Source: Lophium mytilinum
Lineage: Eukaryota
Reading direction: 5' to 3'
NCBI GenBank assembly: GCA_010093605.1
Contig: MU004194.1
Coordinates: 1,278,323-1,342,322 of the forward strand
Length of the DNA: 64,000 nt
Positions 35,002 through 49,024 of this stretch are shown in pieces. The position numbers and the translations under genes are program-made. Below the pieces are notes generated by a model. That model did no database searches. It saw only the letters and a program-made list of their open reading frames with translations, and had not been told where the DNA came from. The stretch's first letter is position 1, and each line of letters opens with the position of its first letter.

Positions 35002-35432
35002 GACCAAAAAATGTTCGCTGAGAATAGAGAGAGCAGCAAGCAAGTATTTATCAGACCCAACCCAACCCCAATACTTAACGTCCGGGTTTCAGCTAAGCCC
35101 GAAACCCGCCCAAACGCACGATAGACGGTCAGGCCTCCCAATTAGGCCTTATACTTAGGCACCGCAAACATTGTCACGCAATCATCGACGTTCATGCCTT
35201 GAAGTACACTTTCAATCTTTGCAGACCATTTTGACACCGTCTGGGGTAGCCTCGCGAGTTTAATGGTAGTCCAGACTTCCATGCTTTTTCCTTATTCGGA
35301 ACGCTGAAAGCACCTGGGGCTCCTCAAGCAGTGGTAAGCGAGTGTACAAATTTCTATAACGAGTCATTGTAGTAATTATAGTTGAAGTCAGGTCCGATCT
35401 CCCAGTCCATTTACCCCTAAAATTACCCAGTC

Positions 35433-36353
35433 TCACACCAGCTGCCACAGCCACCTCTTCTCTCTTTGTCTTTTCCACTTCTCTATCCACCACTCTGGGC
35501 TCCCATTCCACTGGATTGCTCTCGGCCTCTCAGACTCTCCAATCACAATCACCGGTAACTTCTCAGCCGGTGGCTCCCAAGGCACAAACTCCGGCCTCCC
35601 AAGCGTCCTGAATTCGTTCATCACCTCCACTCTCGTCTCCGTTCTCTGCCCCCCTTCCCCATCCCGCGAAACAATGCAATGCATCCACATCTCCTCCTCT
35701 TCCTGCGACACCGCCCACGTCTCAAACTGCCCGCTGTCCAGCCTCCCAGCCGGCCACTGCACGCTCCAAGGCCGATCCTTCGGCCACGCCAGCGCCCGCC
35801 CGCTCTTAAAGAGCCGGATCGTCTTCGCGAACCAGTCATCCGTTCCTAGCGGATGCCCAGGGACTGAAGAGATTTGTCGCTCAACCCTCATGACGGGGAA
35901 CATATGCCGCACGAGCAGCGTGGCGGTATGGAGGCCGGGAAAATGGAAGACAGCGTTCGAAAGGAAGACTGAGAGGTCGTAGATGCTGCTGTAGTCGCCC
36001 GGACAGCTGTACGCGATGTGGGCAATGGCCGTGAAACAAGGGCGGGGGAGGGTCGACGTGCTTTTCGCTAAAGAGTAGTAGTCGGATTTTGTGGTGACCC
36101 ACGTGGTGGTTGCGTACGCGAGGACGGCGGCTTCAAGGTGGATGAGGCGGCAGGTTTCCAGTAGGGCTAGGGCGTTTTTGATAGGGGATTTGGTGGAGAA
36201 GACGTCGGTGTAGATTTGATTACGGAGTTCGGCGGGGAGGTTGAGGAAGAGGCATTGTGGTTGGGCTTGGGGTGGCGAGGGATTGGACTTTGGTGGTGGA
36301 ATGGGTGCAGTACTGCAGTTTCGCTCTGGTTTACTGCTTTGAAATGGCCCCAT
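35433..36353 (-). CDS. Hypothetical protein with F-box/2EXR-like N-terminal motif
   Basis: FLNLPAELRNQIY...ALLETCRLIHLEA in a ~306-codon ORF; start uncertain. Confidence 0.65.
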   Translation of the reverse strand: MGPFQSSKPERNCSTAPIPPPKSNPSPPQAQPQCLFLNLPAELRNQIYTDVFSTKSPIKNALALLETCRLIHLEAAVLAYATTTWVTTKSDYYSLAKSTSTLPRPCFTAIAHIAYSCPGDYSSIYDLSVFLSNAVFHFPGLHTATLLVRHMFPVMRVERQISSVPGHPLGTDDWFAKTIRLFKSGRALAWPKDRPWSVQWPAGRLDSGQFETWAVSQEEEEMWMHCIVSRDGEGGQRTETRVEVMNEFRTLGRPEFVPWEPPAEKLPVIVIGESERPRAIQWNGSPEWWIEKWKRQREKRWLWQLV

Positions 36354-37036
36354 TGGGAGCTGTTCGAGGGATATCACCCGGACTGCGTGAGGGTCTATCG
36401 CGGAGAGTTGTCCTCAAATGCTACACCTTTGAACGAAGTTTTATCAAATGAGGCTGTGACAATGGCATTGAATCGGGGTTTGAGAGGATTTTGTAGGAGC
36501 AGCTCTTGCAGCCACGTATTCGTTGATTGATGGTCGTGGCGGCTGAGCCCCAGGCAGCAGGTTCGGGTTACAATCTTCCTGATACGGGAGTCCTACCCTG
36601 CGACAAAACGTGGAGTCAGGTACTTGGCGTCGACTCTATCGAATCAAAATTGTTGTTTCCAATGCTATTGGGATGCCTAAAATCCTATAGAAATCTAAAC
36701 TCAGGTCTGTTAGAGCTCTGGAGTCAGCTCAACCTTGTTATCAGAACGTAGGTAATGTAATAAACGGCCTGTTATAGGTTCAGCTAGGACGGAGGTTCCC
36801 ATATATACCCTCAACGCCTTGTGAAAGCAAATGAGACCTGTGAAGAACTAAGACGTGGTGTAGTATCTACTACGAGATCTGATTGTACACGTGAATGGAC
36901 CAGGTGCCTTGAGAGAGTGTGGGGGCGTGGGGGCCATTGCGTAGCTTGGCTCTCCGTCATTGCAGACCCTTGTTCCCTCCACAACCCCTCCACCGGAACT
37001 CCTCCACGACATCGTTAGTCGCATTTCTATTACACC

Positions 37037-38313
37037 ATGGGCGACAGACTCAAAGGCCTCACGAAGGGGGGATGGCACCCGAAAGGCAAAGATGGCGGAA
37101 AGGAGACATGGCGCGGCGATTTTAAGGGCGTTAACACCGTCGTAAGCTGTCCATAGACCATGTTAGTACTCATCCTCTCTCTGACTAGGAACTTTAGGCC
37201 GGATGGATGGGAAAGGGCAAGAGTCCTGCGGAAGCGGCCCAAGACCACCAATCCGCTCCTCTCAGTACGCTGAAAGACCCGGCCGCATTCGGACCCCCTC
37301 CAAAACACATACACTTTCATGGCGCAGCGGCCGCCCCGAATAGTCTGACTCCGGATCGCGGTGGGTGGGGAGCTCCGTTATCTGAAGAAGAGGTCCGCGC
37401 GAAAGAAAGGCTAGAGGAGCAGAAAGAAGCAAAGAGGAGGGAGGAAGAGGAAGCAAATAAGCCACCTCCGGGCCCCTACAAAGTAAACACTACAGGCCTC
37501 AGGGTTGATAATCTTCCTCCACCACCTAAATTTCAGCCATCTTTGGCTGCCCAGTCAACTGCTCATCCTGCTGCGAAGCCAAAGCTGCCTCCGAGACTAC
37601 CTCCGAGACAAAACTCTCGCCCGGATGCTCATTCTGCAGCGCCTCCACCAACGTACAATGACAGTTCCAAGGACCCGCCGGCACAACCGTACATCAATCA
37701 GGGGGCGATGGACAGATTGGGGCAAGCTGGTGTATCCGTCCCCGGGTTTGGTATCGGCCGAACCGCTTCTCCGCCTGTTCCGCCGCGACAAACACCTTCT
37801 CCTCCCAAGCCTGTCATTTCCCCTCCAGCTATCAGCAACAGAGGGCCACAGCTTGGCGAGCTTCAGTCAAGGTTTTCCAAGATGTCAACGTCCTCACCAC
37901 AATCACCAGCCGAACCTTCTACAGGGACCTCGTTCGCACAGAAACAAGCAGCCTTGAATACTGCAAGTTCGTTCCGAGAAGACCCATCCAAGGTCTCTTT
38001 TTCGGACATGAAAAGTGCTGCAGGAACAGCAAACAACTTCCGGGAGAGGCATGGCGAGCAAGTCGCTTCCGGATGGCGGACAGCCAGTGGTCTTAACCAG
38101 AAATACGGCTTGGCAGACAGGGCGAATAGCCTCGCCTCAGGAGGTAGCGCTTCTGCCGCAGCTCCAAGCTCTCCAGTTGCTACTTCACCAGTACACGGAG
38201 GTCTTGGAAAAAAACCTCCGCCACCGGTGCCACGGAAAAAGGAGACGCTGGCAAGCCCAACGGGTCCTCCGCCCATTCCGCTAACTAGTAAACCAAAACC
38301 TGGGGCGTCGTGA
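37037..38313 (+). CDS. AIM3: Proline-rich AIM3-like protein
   Basis: Exon 1 MGDRLKGLTKGGWHPKGKDGGKETWRGDFKGVNTV, intron 37142-37197, then PLSTLKDPAAFGPPPKH and poly-Pro tracts. Confidence 0.7.
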
Positions 38314-39600
38314 GCAACGAAAGAACAACGACAGTATTGAAATCTAGGAAGTCTTTCCGCATCAGATGAGGACTATGCACACGAGAGGATGGGCTCGACG
38401 ACGACGAAGGGTTGACTGGAGAGCTGGCATCCAACGTGAGCTGATTTGACGGACAATACGGCCTAAAGGAGGGGACATTCGGAGCACCAGAGACGCTTCC
38501 ATTGTTGACCTAAATTTCGCCCAAGGTGAGGGCCAAGAAATTGTCCAAGCAAGCTTCACCAAAAGGTGGTCCTTCGCGCGCTACAAGCGTTGCTTGTTTG
38601 AGGAGGTCTTTGTAAGCAGTCATCTCTGTTTAGAAACTTTGGCGGGATAGCCTGGCGTCGATGGTGGCATCCTTTCCTTCAGCAGTATCATTTTATCAAA
38701 AACATCGGCCAGCTTCTGATGTGGTATCGGCTCGGTAGCATATCTTCACATGATACTTATCTTCAGTACGATGGTAAGTATAGTGTACCTTTTATGGACT
38801 AGTTTGACGCAAAGAGCTCAACGTTCATGGATCCTGCCTGCACTCCTACTCAACCTTGGGATGCTAGCGGGTGGCATGCCTAGACCGCGTCACACTAGAT
38901 AGGGAATACTTGTATTTGTGAGGTCCAAGCAATCTGGTGGGGTTGTGACTTGCAGGGTCTTTAATGTGTAACTTTCTCTTCATGCTAGTATACACCCCTC
39001 TCTTGATGCTAGGAGCTCTTGCGGGAACTGATCCGATAGGATGTCGGATCCCGCTATATGTATATTTGGTACAGGTTCGAATCTGCGATATAACTGCGAC
39101 GTTGTGAAGTGAAAGCTGAGCTGGGCGTGGTTCCGTTTGGATGTCGGCCGGTTGACAGTTCGTGACGACGACGGCATTGGTACCTCCTCTATCAGGAGAA
39201 GACTCCGGCACGGCGGTTCCTAATGCCTAGGTGTACCAAGAGCTGTAGCTGTGCACCCTGCAGACGTTGACTTTGCCCGCGCAATGAAGTAATAGCCTCG
39301 GCGAGTGTCTAGGTACGTCATTGGCTGTCGCGGCACCGGACCCTGGTCAAAAAGTTGGAATCGCCTCAACAAATACAGTTGGCAGACAAGCCCGCCGTTG
39401 TTGCGCCTCGTCCTTTCAGCCGTCATACATCTCTCACTCATTACCTTCACTTGCCCGTAGAGCGCCGTGCACTTTTCCACCACCGCCCTCACCTATTACA
39501 TTGTTGCCTTTCTCCATCCTTCCCCCAACAAAGTCACCACCAAACACTCATCGCCACGCGTGCACCGCGACCTCTCCGCCCGTAGGCGCTGTCAGTCAAC

Positions 39601-41486
39601 ATGTCGGGCCCTTCTTTTCACGTCAAGGTGCCATCTTCCTCCCTATTCAAGTTCCCTCCAGACTCGGCCCCGCCCGCGCTCCCGCCTCCGAACGAATACA
39701 GCTTTGGGAGCCCGTTCCCGATCCCCGCCAAGCTATACAACCAGGCCCTCTCCGAGAAGTGGCCCATCACCATAGCCTCTATTTATGTTGTCACTGTAGT
39801 TTCCATAAACGCGTACAACCGCAAGCAGGGGAACAAGCCATGGGCAATCAGCAAGACCGGGTGGTTCAAGGCATTCGTCGTCTTGCATAGCTCCTTCTTG
39901 GCCGTCTACTCCGGAGTGACCTTTGCCGCCATGGTCAGGGCGCTGTCGCGATCATTCCCAGCGATTGACAACGAATACGGCCTCGTTGGCTTCACGGACG
40001 CGCTCTGCAAGATCCATGGTCCGCGGGGCCTAGGCGACGCTGTGACGTACAACTCCAGCGCCGACCTTTGGGAGAGCAAGAACAGGCTCATACAACTGGG
40101 CTCCAACAACTTGCCTGACTCTACCGATGTCGGGAGGATCTGGAATGAAGGTCTCGCATTCTGGGGCTGGTTCTTCTACCTCTCCAAGTTCTACGAGGTC
40201 CTGGATACCGCTATCATACTTGCAAAGGGCAAGAGGAGCTCCACTTTGCAGACGTATCATCATGCCGGAGCCATGTTCTGCATGTGGGCTGGCATCCGTT
40301 TCATGTCGCCTCCAATCTGGATGTTTGTCCTGGTCAACTCGGGCATCCACACTATGATGGTGAGCAGCTCATGTGCTTCAAGTCCCTAATATAGTTACTA
40401 ATTTTCGAACAGTACACATATTACACAGTCTCAGCTCTACGATATCGTGTCCCTCAGTTCATCAAGCGGACCCTCACGACCCTGCAAATCCTACAATTCG
40501 TTGTCGGTGTCGGGTTCGCCGCGATCCACCTCTTCGTCTCCTACTCAGTTCCAGTCTCCACCCCGTACACCATCTTCAACACTGTGAAATCTGCAGCTTC
40601 AGCGCTCTCGTCGACCATCGACTCTAGCATTATTCCAGCTGCGACCGCGAACGTAGGCGCCATAATCAAGAAACTCGCATACCGTGCAGCTGGCCAGGAA
40701 GGATTGGCAGAAAATGTGCGCAACACCCAGGGCGAGATTTTCGGGCACGAGGCAGAAAAAGTCGAAGAGACCGTCAACCGCGAAATTCGTTACAGGAACG
40801 AGTACAAGGAAATTCCATGCATCGATACAACCGGGCAGTCCTTCGCAATCTGGCTCAACGTTGTCTACCTCCTCCCGCTCACGGCATTATTCATTCGATT
40901 CTTCGTCCGTTCTTACTTCAAGCGGACATCGGTATCGGCAAAGCATCCGACGCACCACCATGCAATTGCGAAAGCTGGCCATGACGCTGTGCATGGCTTC
41001 AACCGGGAGCTTGAGTCGCTAGGCGAGAACCTGGAAAATGGAGTTGCGAATCTTGCCAGCAAAGCGACGAAGAACGCTAAGAAGTCCGACTTCCAGACTC
41101 CGGTCAAGAATGCTGCGAGGACTGTAAAGAACGCGTCAAACTCCGCAGCTCAGAAGTTGAAGGAGACTCCGAATACGCCGTCTATGGTAGATGAGTTTGA
41201 TGAGAAGCTGAGGAAGACCGTGAAGGATGGATACGACTCTCCTCCTGCGAAGCGCGCACAGGAAATTGCAGCCCAGTACGCGAAGGATGGAAAGAAAATC
41301 CCAGAGTCGCTAGCTAGCAAGCTACAACAGGCGCTGAAAGAGCAAAAAGAGGTCGATCCCAAGGTCAAGCCGGAGGAGGAAGAAGATAGTCTTCTCGGAG
41401 CTGGCGATGAGGAGGATGGGCTTAGCACAACGGACCCAAAGGAGGAGGGAGTGTCGTATGCGGAGAAAGTCAAGGACGAATCGTAG
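39601..41486 (+). CDS. GNS1/SUR4 (ELO) family fatty-acid elongase-like membrane protein
   Basis: FYLSKFYEVLDT, LQTYHH, NSGIHTMMYTYY (intron 40360-40411), LTTLQILQF, LFIRFFVRSY. Confidence 0.9.
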
Positions 41487-42033
41487 CTGCCTTGACTTTG
41501 GAGTTAGAGATACCTTCAAATGACTGGCTTTACGTGCTCTGGGGAGGGAGGCGGGTTTGGAACTTTAGGCAATGCAGAACTGCTATCTTTTGATTCGACA
41601 GTATGGCAAGGGGTTTGTTATTCTCTTCGGCACGATGCGAAGGCCGATTCGGGATCTTGCATCTTTACAATGTATTTTGAGTTGCGATTGGGCTGGTTCA
41701 GACACGAGCACGTGTCAAGTAGTGCGCGTTTATCGAATTGGGGACGCGTGGAGATCAGTGAATACCAGATAAAACCTCAAACAAATCAGTAACACATCAA
41801 CAAAGTTCTTCTGTAGCGCGATATTGATGTGATGTAATATTGATAACTCTCGAGCCCTGCAGACTTCGCGACCGAGCAGGGACCAAAACACCAACAAAAA
41901 TCTGGTGAAGCACCCACCAGAAATTATCATAACCGCGGCCTCTCATTTGTTGCACAGACTTTACCCGAGCCGACACCCTCTCCGCGTCGCTGTGAGACCC
42001 TCGAAAATCACACCTCTCCCCTGCACCGCCAAC

Positions 42034-42618
42034 ATGCAGCGTCGAATGGTACGTATCTACCTTCTGACTCCTAAAGATGGTCCGAGGGAGACTCGCTGAT
42101 AGAAGCTGCAGCTAAGCAAGGAGGACGAGGCCGCGACCGAGGACATTGAAGTCCGTCGCGAAGACCAGGAGAAAATCAACAAGTTCAGCACGCTACATCA
42201 GAAGGAGACGGGGATCGAGGAGGAGCTGAAAGGGAAGCAGGTAGGCAGGGCATCGTGATGTGGTGAGAGTAATGGTGGCTGATTGTGTCGCTATAGAAGG
42301 AGAAAGAGGACTTGGAAGAGATTTCTACGGAGCTGGAACTCGTCGATGAGGACGAGAAGGTGCCGTATGTTGCTTTCCTCTCACATTCATGGTTGGTGGG
42401 CTCACTCTAACGCGTGCGATGCTAGGTACAAGATTGGCGATTGCTTCGTGTCGCTGCCTCAGTCCGAGGTGCTCGAGCTGCTCACTGCGTCGACAGAGGA
42501 TATCGACCAGGATGTCACGAAGCTCGAGGAGAAGCTGGGCGCTGTGCGAGAGCAGATGTCGGAGCTGAAGGTGGCATTGTATGCTCGATTTGGCAGAAGT
42601 ATCAACCTGGAGACATGA
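42034..42618 (+). CDS. GIM3: Prefoldin subunit 4
   Basis: Four exons: MQRRM/LSKEDE...VRREDQEKINKFS...KEKEDLEEIS...VPYKIGDCF...LKVALYARFGRSINLET*. Confidence 0.93.
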
Positions 42619-43159
42619 GGACTACGAAGTATCAAAAGCAGAATCACGATATCAGACTTCCATCTTGATTCTTGGAGTGGGGTCACTTGCATTATCATTT
42701 CAAATTTCCATTTTCTTTTGTTCTTTGGTGTGATAGTTCTGTGGTCAAAATAATCTCGTCACGTCCAGCTCTCTCTATCTCAGCGTCTCTCGGAATGTCT
42801 TCTCCGTACGCGGCCGCTCACCTGGAACGATTCACGTTACCTCGCCCGATTATTAGCCACTGACGCTCCTGTGGCTTATTCCCGCCTTTGACGCCCATGC
42901 ACGCTCTTCTCACCGCGTGCGGGACTATCATGAGTCGGCTATAACGGCACGGTAGACTTATGGGTTCCCCGCCAACCCCACCAACAGCTACTGATTTGAG
43001 GGGAGAGCTTGAGCAAATCTGTTCCTGTGACTCTTAGCGCCTACTGGCGGACTTTCCATCATTTGGCCCTCAAATGGTGACGATCCCCGCCACTTCTCAT
43101 CTGACTAGGTTCTCGATGGTACTCGATTTAGTTTTTTTGCTCAGGAACCCCCAATAACC

Positions 43160-45077
43160 ATGGCAGATTTCGAAAAGCAGAGCTCGCAAGGGCGCCGTCA
43201 TCGGGTCGAGTCTCTGTCAAGTGAGGTGTCTGAACAAAATGAGGACTTAATTGGTTAGTTGTGGTTCCTTACGCAGTTGGGTGGACTTTCCGCTAACTCA
43301 AAATCACAGTCCATCGCATTCCCTCCAGGGTCATTGCCACAAATGAAAAGGATGTAGACGAAAAGCTGGATCTAGAGAAGGACGACGAGGATCCCACGTC
43401 ACCATCGAATGCCTCAATGGATTCTATACCGAGCACGCCCCGGACGATAATATCCTTTGAAGACAACGATCCTGGACAACCGAACAATTGGAGCTCGGTA
43501 TGCATTCGCGACACCCTTGGCATGTCACAATGGCTGACAAAATCGTCTTGGGATTAGAAAAAGAAGAGCTACGCACTATTCGCGGCCATCTGCACGGTCA
43601 TGAACAGCACCGTCTCCTCCTCGCTTGCGGCTGGGAATACTAAGCAGCTTTCGGACTATTTCAACGTCACCAACGAAGAACAGCTCGTCCTGCCTACGTC
43701 GATCTTCTTGGTTGGCTATACTTTCGGACCTTTGATATTCGGTCCGTTGAGCGAGACATGGGGAAGGAAATGGACAATGATCTGGGGTTTTCTAGGTTTC
43801 ACGCTCGCTTCAATGGCCTCTGCATTAGCACCCAATTGGGCAGCATTGAACGTCTTCAGACTGTTTGTGGGTATATTCGGAGCTTGTCCAATCGCCGTCG
43901 TAGGCGGGTACGTTGTTTCCCTTCCTTGAACGATAGTAAGCTTTATGTTCTCACACTTACAAACTCTACTAGGATATGTGCAGATATCTACCATAATCCC
44001 CAGTCGCGCGGTCGTGCAATGGCCATATTCATGGCGGCTACGACCTTTGGTCCTGTGCTTGGCCCTCCCATTTCAGGCTTCATTGCGGTCGTCAGCTGGC
44101 GCTGGTCCTTCTGGGTTGGAGTGCTCCTCACCGCCGGCGCGTGGCCCTTCCTCGTAACCATGCCTGAGACGTATGCACCCATTCTCCTCAAGCACCGCGC
44201 AGCCAAAATCCGCAAGGAAACCTCCGACCCCAACCTCTTCGCCCCCATCGAGCTCGAAAAGACCAACATCCACCACATCATCACCGTCGTCCTTACTCGT
44301 CCCGTCCGTATGTTCTGTTTCGAGCCCCTCGTACTCTTCACGTGCCTCTACCTCTCATACGCCTACGCCATCTTCTACATCTTCTTCCAATCCTACCCCA
44401 TCATTTTCGGCGGCATCTACGGCATGAACGCTGGCGAGGAAGGCCTGACATTCCTCCCCATCGGCATCGGCGCCATCATCGCCACCGGCATCTACCTCGC
44501 CTGGGACAGCATCCTCGCCCGCGCACAGAAAGCCGATAGACCCTGGAGCCGCAGCGAAGAGATGCGCCGACTACCCCTCGCCTGTCTCGCCGGGCCGTTC
44601 TTCGCGCTCAGCATGTTCTGGGCGGGGTGGACAGCGAAGAAAGACGTGCACTGGATCGTGCCGTGTCTAGCTGGGATTCCATTTGGCATCGGTTATCTGT
44701 GTCTCTTCATGGCTCTGCTGAATTACCTTGTCGACGCGTACGAGATCTTCGCGGCGAGTGCAATGGCGGCGGCGAGTACGTGTCGGAGTACATTTGGCGC
44801 GGTGCTGCCGTTTGCAGCGAGGCCTATGTATAGGACGTTGGGTGTGCCATGGGCGTGTAGCTTGCTAGGGTTCTTGAGCATCCTAATGTGCGCGATCCCG
44901 TTTGCGTTTTTGAGGTATGGGACGGTGTTGAGGGCGAAGAGCGAGTTCTGTCAGTATTTGGCGAAGAGGAAGGCGGATGAGGTGGAGCAGAGGGAGAGGG
45001 AGAGGGGGCCGGTGGTTAGGGAAGCGGACTTAGAGGAAGGCGGGGGGCCTAACGAGACTGTGGCCAAAGAAGCGTGA
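43160..45077 (+). CDS. MFS multidrug transporter (DHA1 family)
   Basis: DPGQPNNWS, GPLSETWGRK, GPVLGPPISG, PETYAP, YLVDAY...ASAMAA...RS.FGAVLP; multiple introns. Confidence 0.92.
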
Positions 45078-46324
45078 GACGTAGGGGTAATAATTGTGCG
45101 GATTGCATTGAGGTGTAGGGGGTACAAGCATTGCGCTGGCGTTTGGATGAAGCATTTGTCAGCCTGATAAAGATTTTCGTCCTTTGAATGGCAATAAGCA
45201 GTTCATACTTCGTTACAGTAACCTTGCTTGGTACCATTAGCCTCAGCCATCATGGGATTTAACATTGTAGGCCCCCAGGCCCCATGCTGTATAGCCAATT
45301 ACTCAGCAGTTTCTGTGTACACACATACATCTTTCCCCCTTGCGGACCTAGCGAGCTTTCCTTTCACAGACACCAACACAATACATTTCTCTTTGGACAT
45401 TGATTGATCTCTGGTAACAATTAGTTGATGAGCGGTTCTTGTTATGATTCCTGCCACTCCCATACGCTACTGGGGCTGCCTTGGTGCCTTAGGAACACTC
45501 GCATACTTCACCTTCTAGCGAACATGCGCATATCTATCATCATTCGACCATCTCTTGTAAGTCGAGGTCGTTGCTCTTCTAGTGCATAATGGAAATAGGT
45601 ACGACATTCTCGCTGGTCTAGAATTCTCTAGTGGCGTCGAGTGGAGAGTAAGAAGCTTTGGCCAAGAGTTCTAAGACGCAAGGTTCCAAAGGTGCAGCGA
45701 TGAGGAATACGACCGATCCTACGTATCACAAAGCTCCATCTATCGCCCCAAACACCTGATTCGACATTGTCCACTGTCTCCCACGGTCGCGTCAGCTTCT
45801 GGCTTGATTCAGCATCCCTCACCTCGACACTGGCCATATCGTCAAGCCTTTAGATAGCATGAAAAACATCTCGCAAGACAAACGGCACACTTCCGCGATC
45901 GCAGAATGATGCCGGCCCACGACATGCATACAGAGCGATCTCCGGGAGAGGAACATGGTACTACACCGCATTGAGGGGGTTGCATGCGATGTCTATGTGC
46001 GACTGTATTTCTTTTCCCAAAGGGTGCCGGGGTTGATAAGACTCCCCCTGCTCATCGGCCGACGAGCTTCCCCAGTATTGCGATAGAGCTACCGTGGACC
46101 CTGCAATCGCCCAATGGCAATCGTCGAATCGCCAGCAACGTTCGATGTGTCAAACCATACGAATGGTCCGGTCTATCGCATGTCGGTGACCCGACCAGGC
46201 GGGATGTCTGCTACATATACGGCGAGGCAGCTGCGACTAGGAGCCCGACGTCCTGGTTTCTAGCTCTGCGTGTGAAGCTTCATTCCTCTGAGAAAGCTCC
46301 TACTTTGCAAGAACATTCGAAGAG

Positions 46325-48330
46325 ATGGCAGAAAAGACGGTTGAGGGTACTCAGGAGCCTGAGAGGCGGGCTTCTGTCACGGCTGCTGCGGACGGCCTGG
46401 CGAATGAGGAGGATGCTGCAAAGCTGGGTATGTTACCACCATTAATCCACGAAATGCCAACGCTAATGGAGATACAGCCCAATTGGGCTACAAGCAAGAG
46501 CTGCGCCGCAACTTCACTATGATCGAAGTCTTTGGTATGAGCAGCTGTCCACCCTTATCGAAGCCAGTCTGACAGATAATTCTACAGGAATCGCTTTCTC
46601 TATCATGGGACTGCTTCCTTCGATTGCCAGTACATTGTCATACAGCTTGCCCGCGGGGCCTGCAGGTCTAGTTTGGGTACTTTACATCTCGTCATGCTTA
46701 CGAAAACAATGATTGACCTCCGTAGGGATGGTTCGTCGCCAGCGCCTTCATCTTCGTCGTCGGCCTTGCAATGGCAGATCTGGGATCTGCCATGCCAACG
46801 TCGGGCGGGCTGTACTGGTGGACGCATTTCTTTGCTTCGCCGAAGACAAGAAATCCTTTGAGTTTCCTGGTTGGTTACAGTAACACACTTGGTAAGACTT
46901 GATATCTTGCTAGAATCAGACCCAATCGCTAACCTTATTACAGGCTTGGTCGGTGGACTGTGCTCTATTGATTATGGCTTCGCCCTCATGTTCTGCTCTG
47001 TGATTGTCATCGCGAGAGACGGGGAGTGGGTCGCATCGAATGGTATCGTGTACGCCGTCTTCATGTGCACCGTTCTCTTGCACGGAGTCCTGGCCTCTGT
47101 CCTTGCGAACGTCATGGGAAAGCTTCAGACAGTGTTCGTTGTAGCGAACTTCCTTCTGATCGCCATTACCATCATCGCACTGCCCATTGGCCGTTCACAC
47201 GAGCGGAATGATGGGAAGTATATTTTCGGAACAACCGGCAATCTTACTACATGGCCTGTGGGATGGGCATGGTTCCTCTCTTGGCTGAGTCCCATTTGGA
47301 CCATTGGAGCGTTTGACAGCTGCGTAAGTCGTCTTTTTCTTCCATTGAAATCCACAGGCACCGTCTGACACCCCAACAGGTTCACATGAGCGAAGAAGCT
47401 GCCAACGCCACCAAAGCCGTCCCATTCGGTATCCTCATGTCCATCGGCAGCTGCTGGTTCTTCGGCTTCATCATCTGCATTGTCATCGCGGCTTGTGTCA
47501 ATCCGGACATTGAGTCTGTCCTCTCAAGCCCCTTCGGCCAGCCCATGGCCCAGATCTACTACGACGCCGTGGGGAAACACGGAGCCATGGCGCTCATGTC
47601 TCTTCTCTTCATTGTGCAATTCCTCATGGGCCTCTCAATCCTCGTCGCAGCATCCCGCCAGACTTGGGCATTCTCTAGGGACGGAGCGCTGCCGTTCAGC
47701 AAGTTCTTCCGTCCCATCTCGAAGAGCCTGGGCTTTATTCCTTTCCGCACCATCTGGGGCTGCGTCTTCCTAGCCCTTATCCTTGGGTTGCTCTGCCTAA
47801 TCGCGCCTGCAGCGGCCGCTGCTCTCTTCTCCCTCGCAGTCGCAGGAAACAACGTAGCATGGGGGACACCTATCTTCTGCCGCCTCGTTTGGGGAGGAGA
47901 CAAATTCAAGCCCGGCCCATTTTACACGGGCAAACTGAGCAAGCCGATCGGCTGGGTCGCTATTGTGTTCCTCGTGTTCGGCATTCTCCTCAGTATGATG
48001 CCAGTCGGAGGCCCGAACCCAACGCCACAGGATATGAACTACACAGTCGTGATCAACAGCGCGGTCTGGGGCGGGTCGCTGATCTATTATTTCATTGATG
48101 CACGGAAATGGTGAGTCCTCTTCCAGTTTCGTCCAATTGAGGCCTTCAAAGCATCTTTCTAACTGGAGAACAGGTTCACTGGTCCAAAGATCACCCTCAA
48201 TGCGGAAGATCTCACTGAAACGCAGGAGGCTGCCATCCGCGCTGAGGGTATCCAGATTGAGGGGCATCCACCCGCTGATAAGAGCGACAGCGACGCTGAA
48301 GCGGCTAATGAACCTGAAAAGGTAGTATGA
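46325..48330 (+). CDS. APC-family amino-acid/GABA permease (UGA4/HNM1-like)
   Basis: LGYKQELRRNF, FSIMG, MADLGSAMPTSGGLYWW, FDSCVHMSEEAANA, ASRQTWAFSRDGALP, MNYTVV...WFTGP. Confidence 0.92.
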
Positions 48331-49024
48331 ACGCACTTTGGAAATGAAGACATATTGGTGGACTCTCGCTCTCTGGAGATATAACCCAGTCGCTACTTCT
48401 ATCTATAGCAATGCTGAAGATATATATAGAATACACGCCTATACTTCTAAGCCATGTTGACTTGAAGAGTTCAAGAGGATATTCTAACAAAGCCCGCAAC
48501 GTGAAGCATGTAGTCTACTAAGCCCGTCAATGAAAGCTAACCTCAGACGGAAAACTACCATGCTGGCGCCATCACGTGAAACATCCGGCATCCGGGACGG
48601 GAGAGGGCCCGTCCCGGATCCAATCACGACCCGGAATTCATGCTCTCCGAGCGTCCACTGCCGAAGCTCCACAATTGGCTACCAAGACATGCATTACCTT
48701 TGCTATTGAGTGTGCCATAGGATGGAGCAAGGACTTTCGGGGAAGCTTCTCAGCTGCTTTGTAATGTTTGTAGAGTAGTGACGCTGAAACCAGCTTAGTG
48801 ACGTGAGGGGAGGCCTGGCCGTTGGATGTGGGGTAGAGTGGGTAGGTGTATATATACTATGATGTGGTATGTAACTATAGAAGCTTCAATACCATATCTA
48901 CTAACGCTTTGAAGCTCTGGCTGCCATCCGACTCCTCGCCTTTCCCGGGAATTGTAGAATCTTCAGTCAATATCTTCAGAATCGATTCGGATATCCTAAA
49001 TCTTTTTCAAGTACAGCAGCTAGA

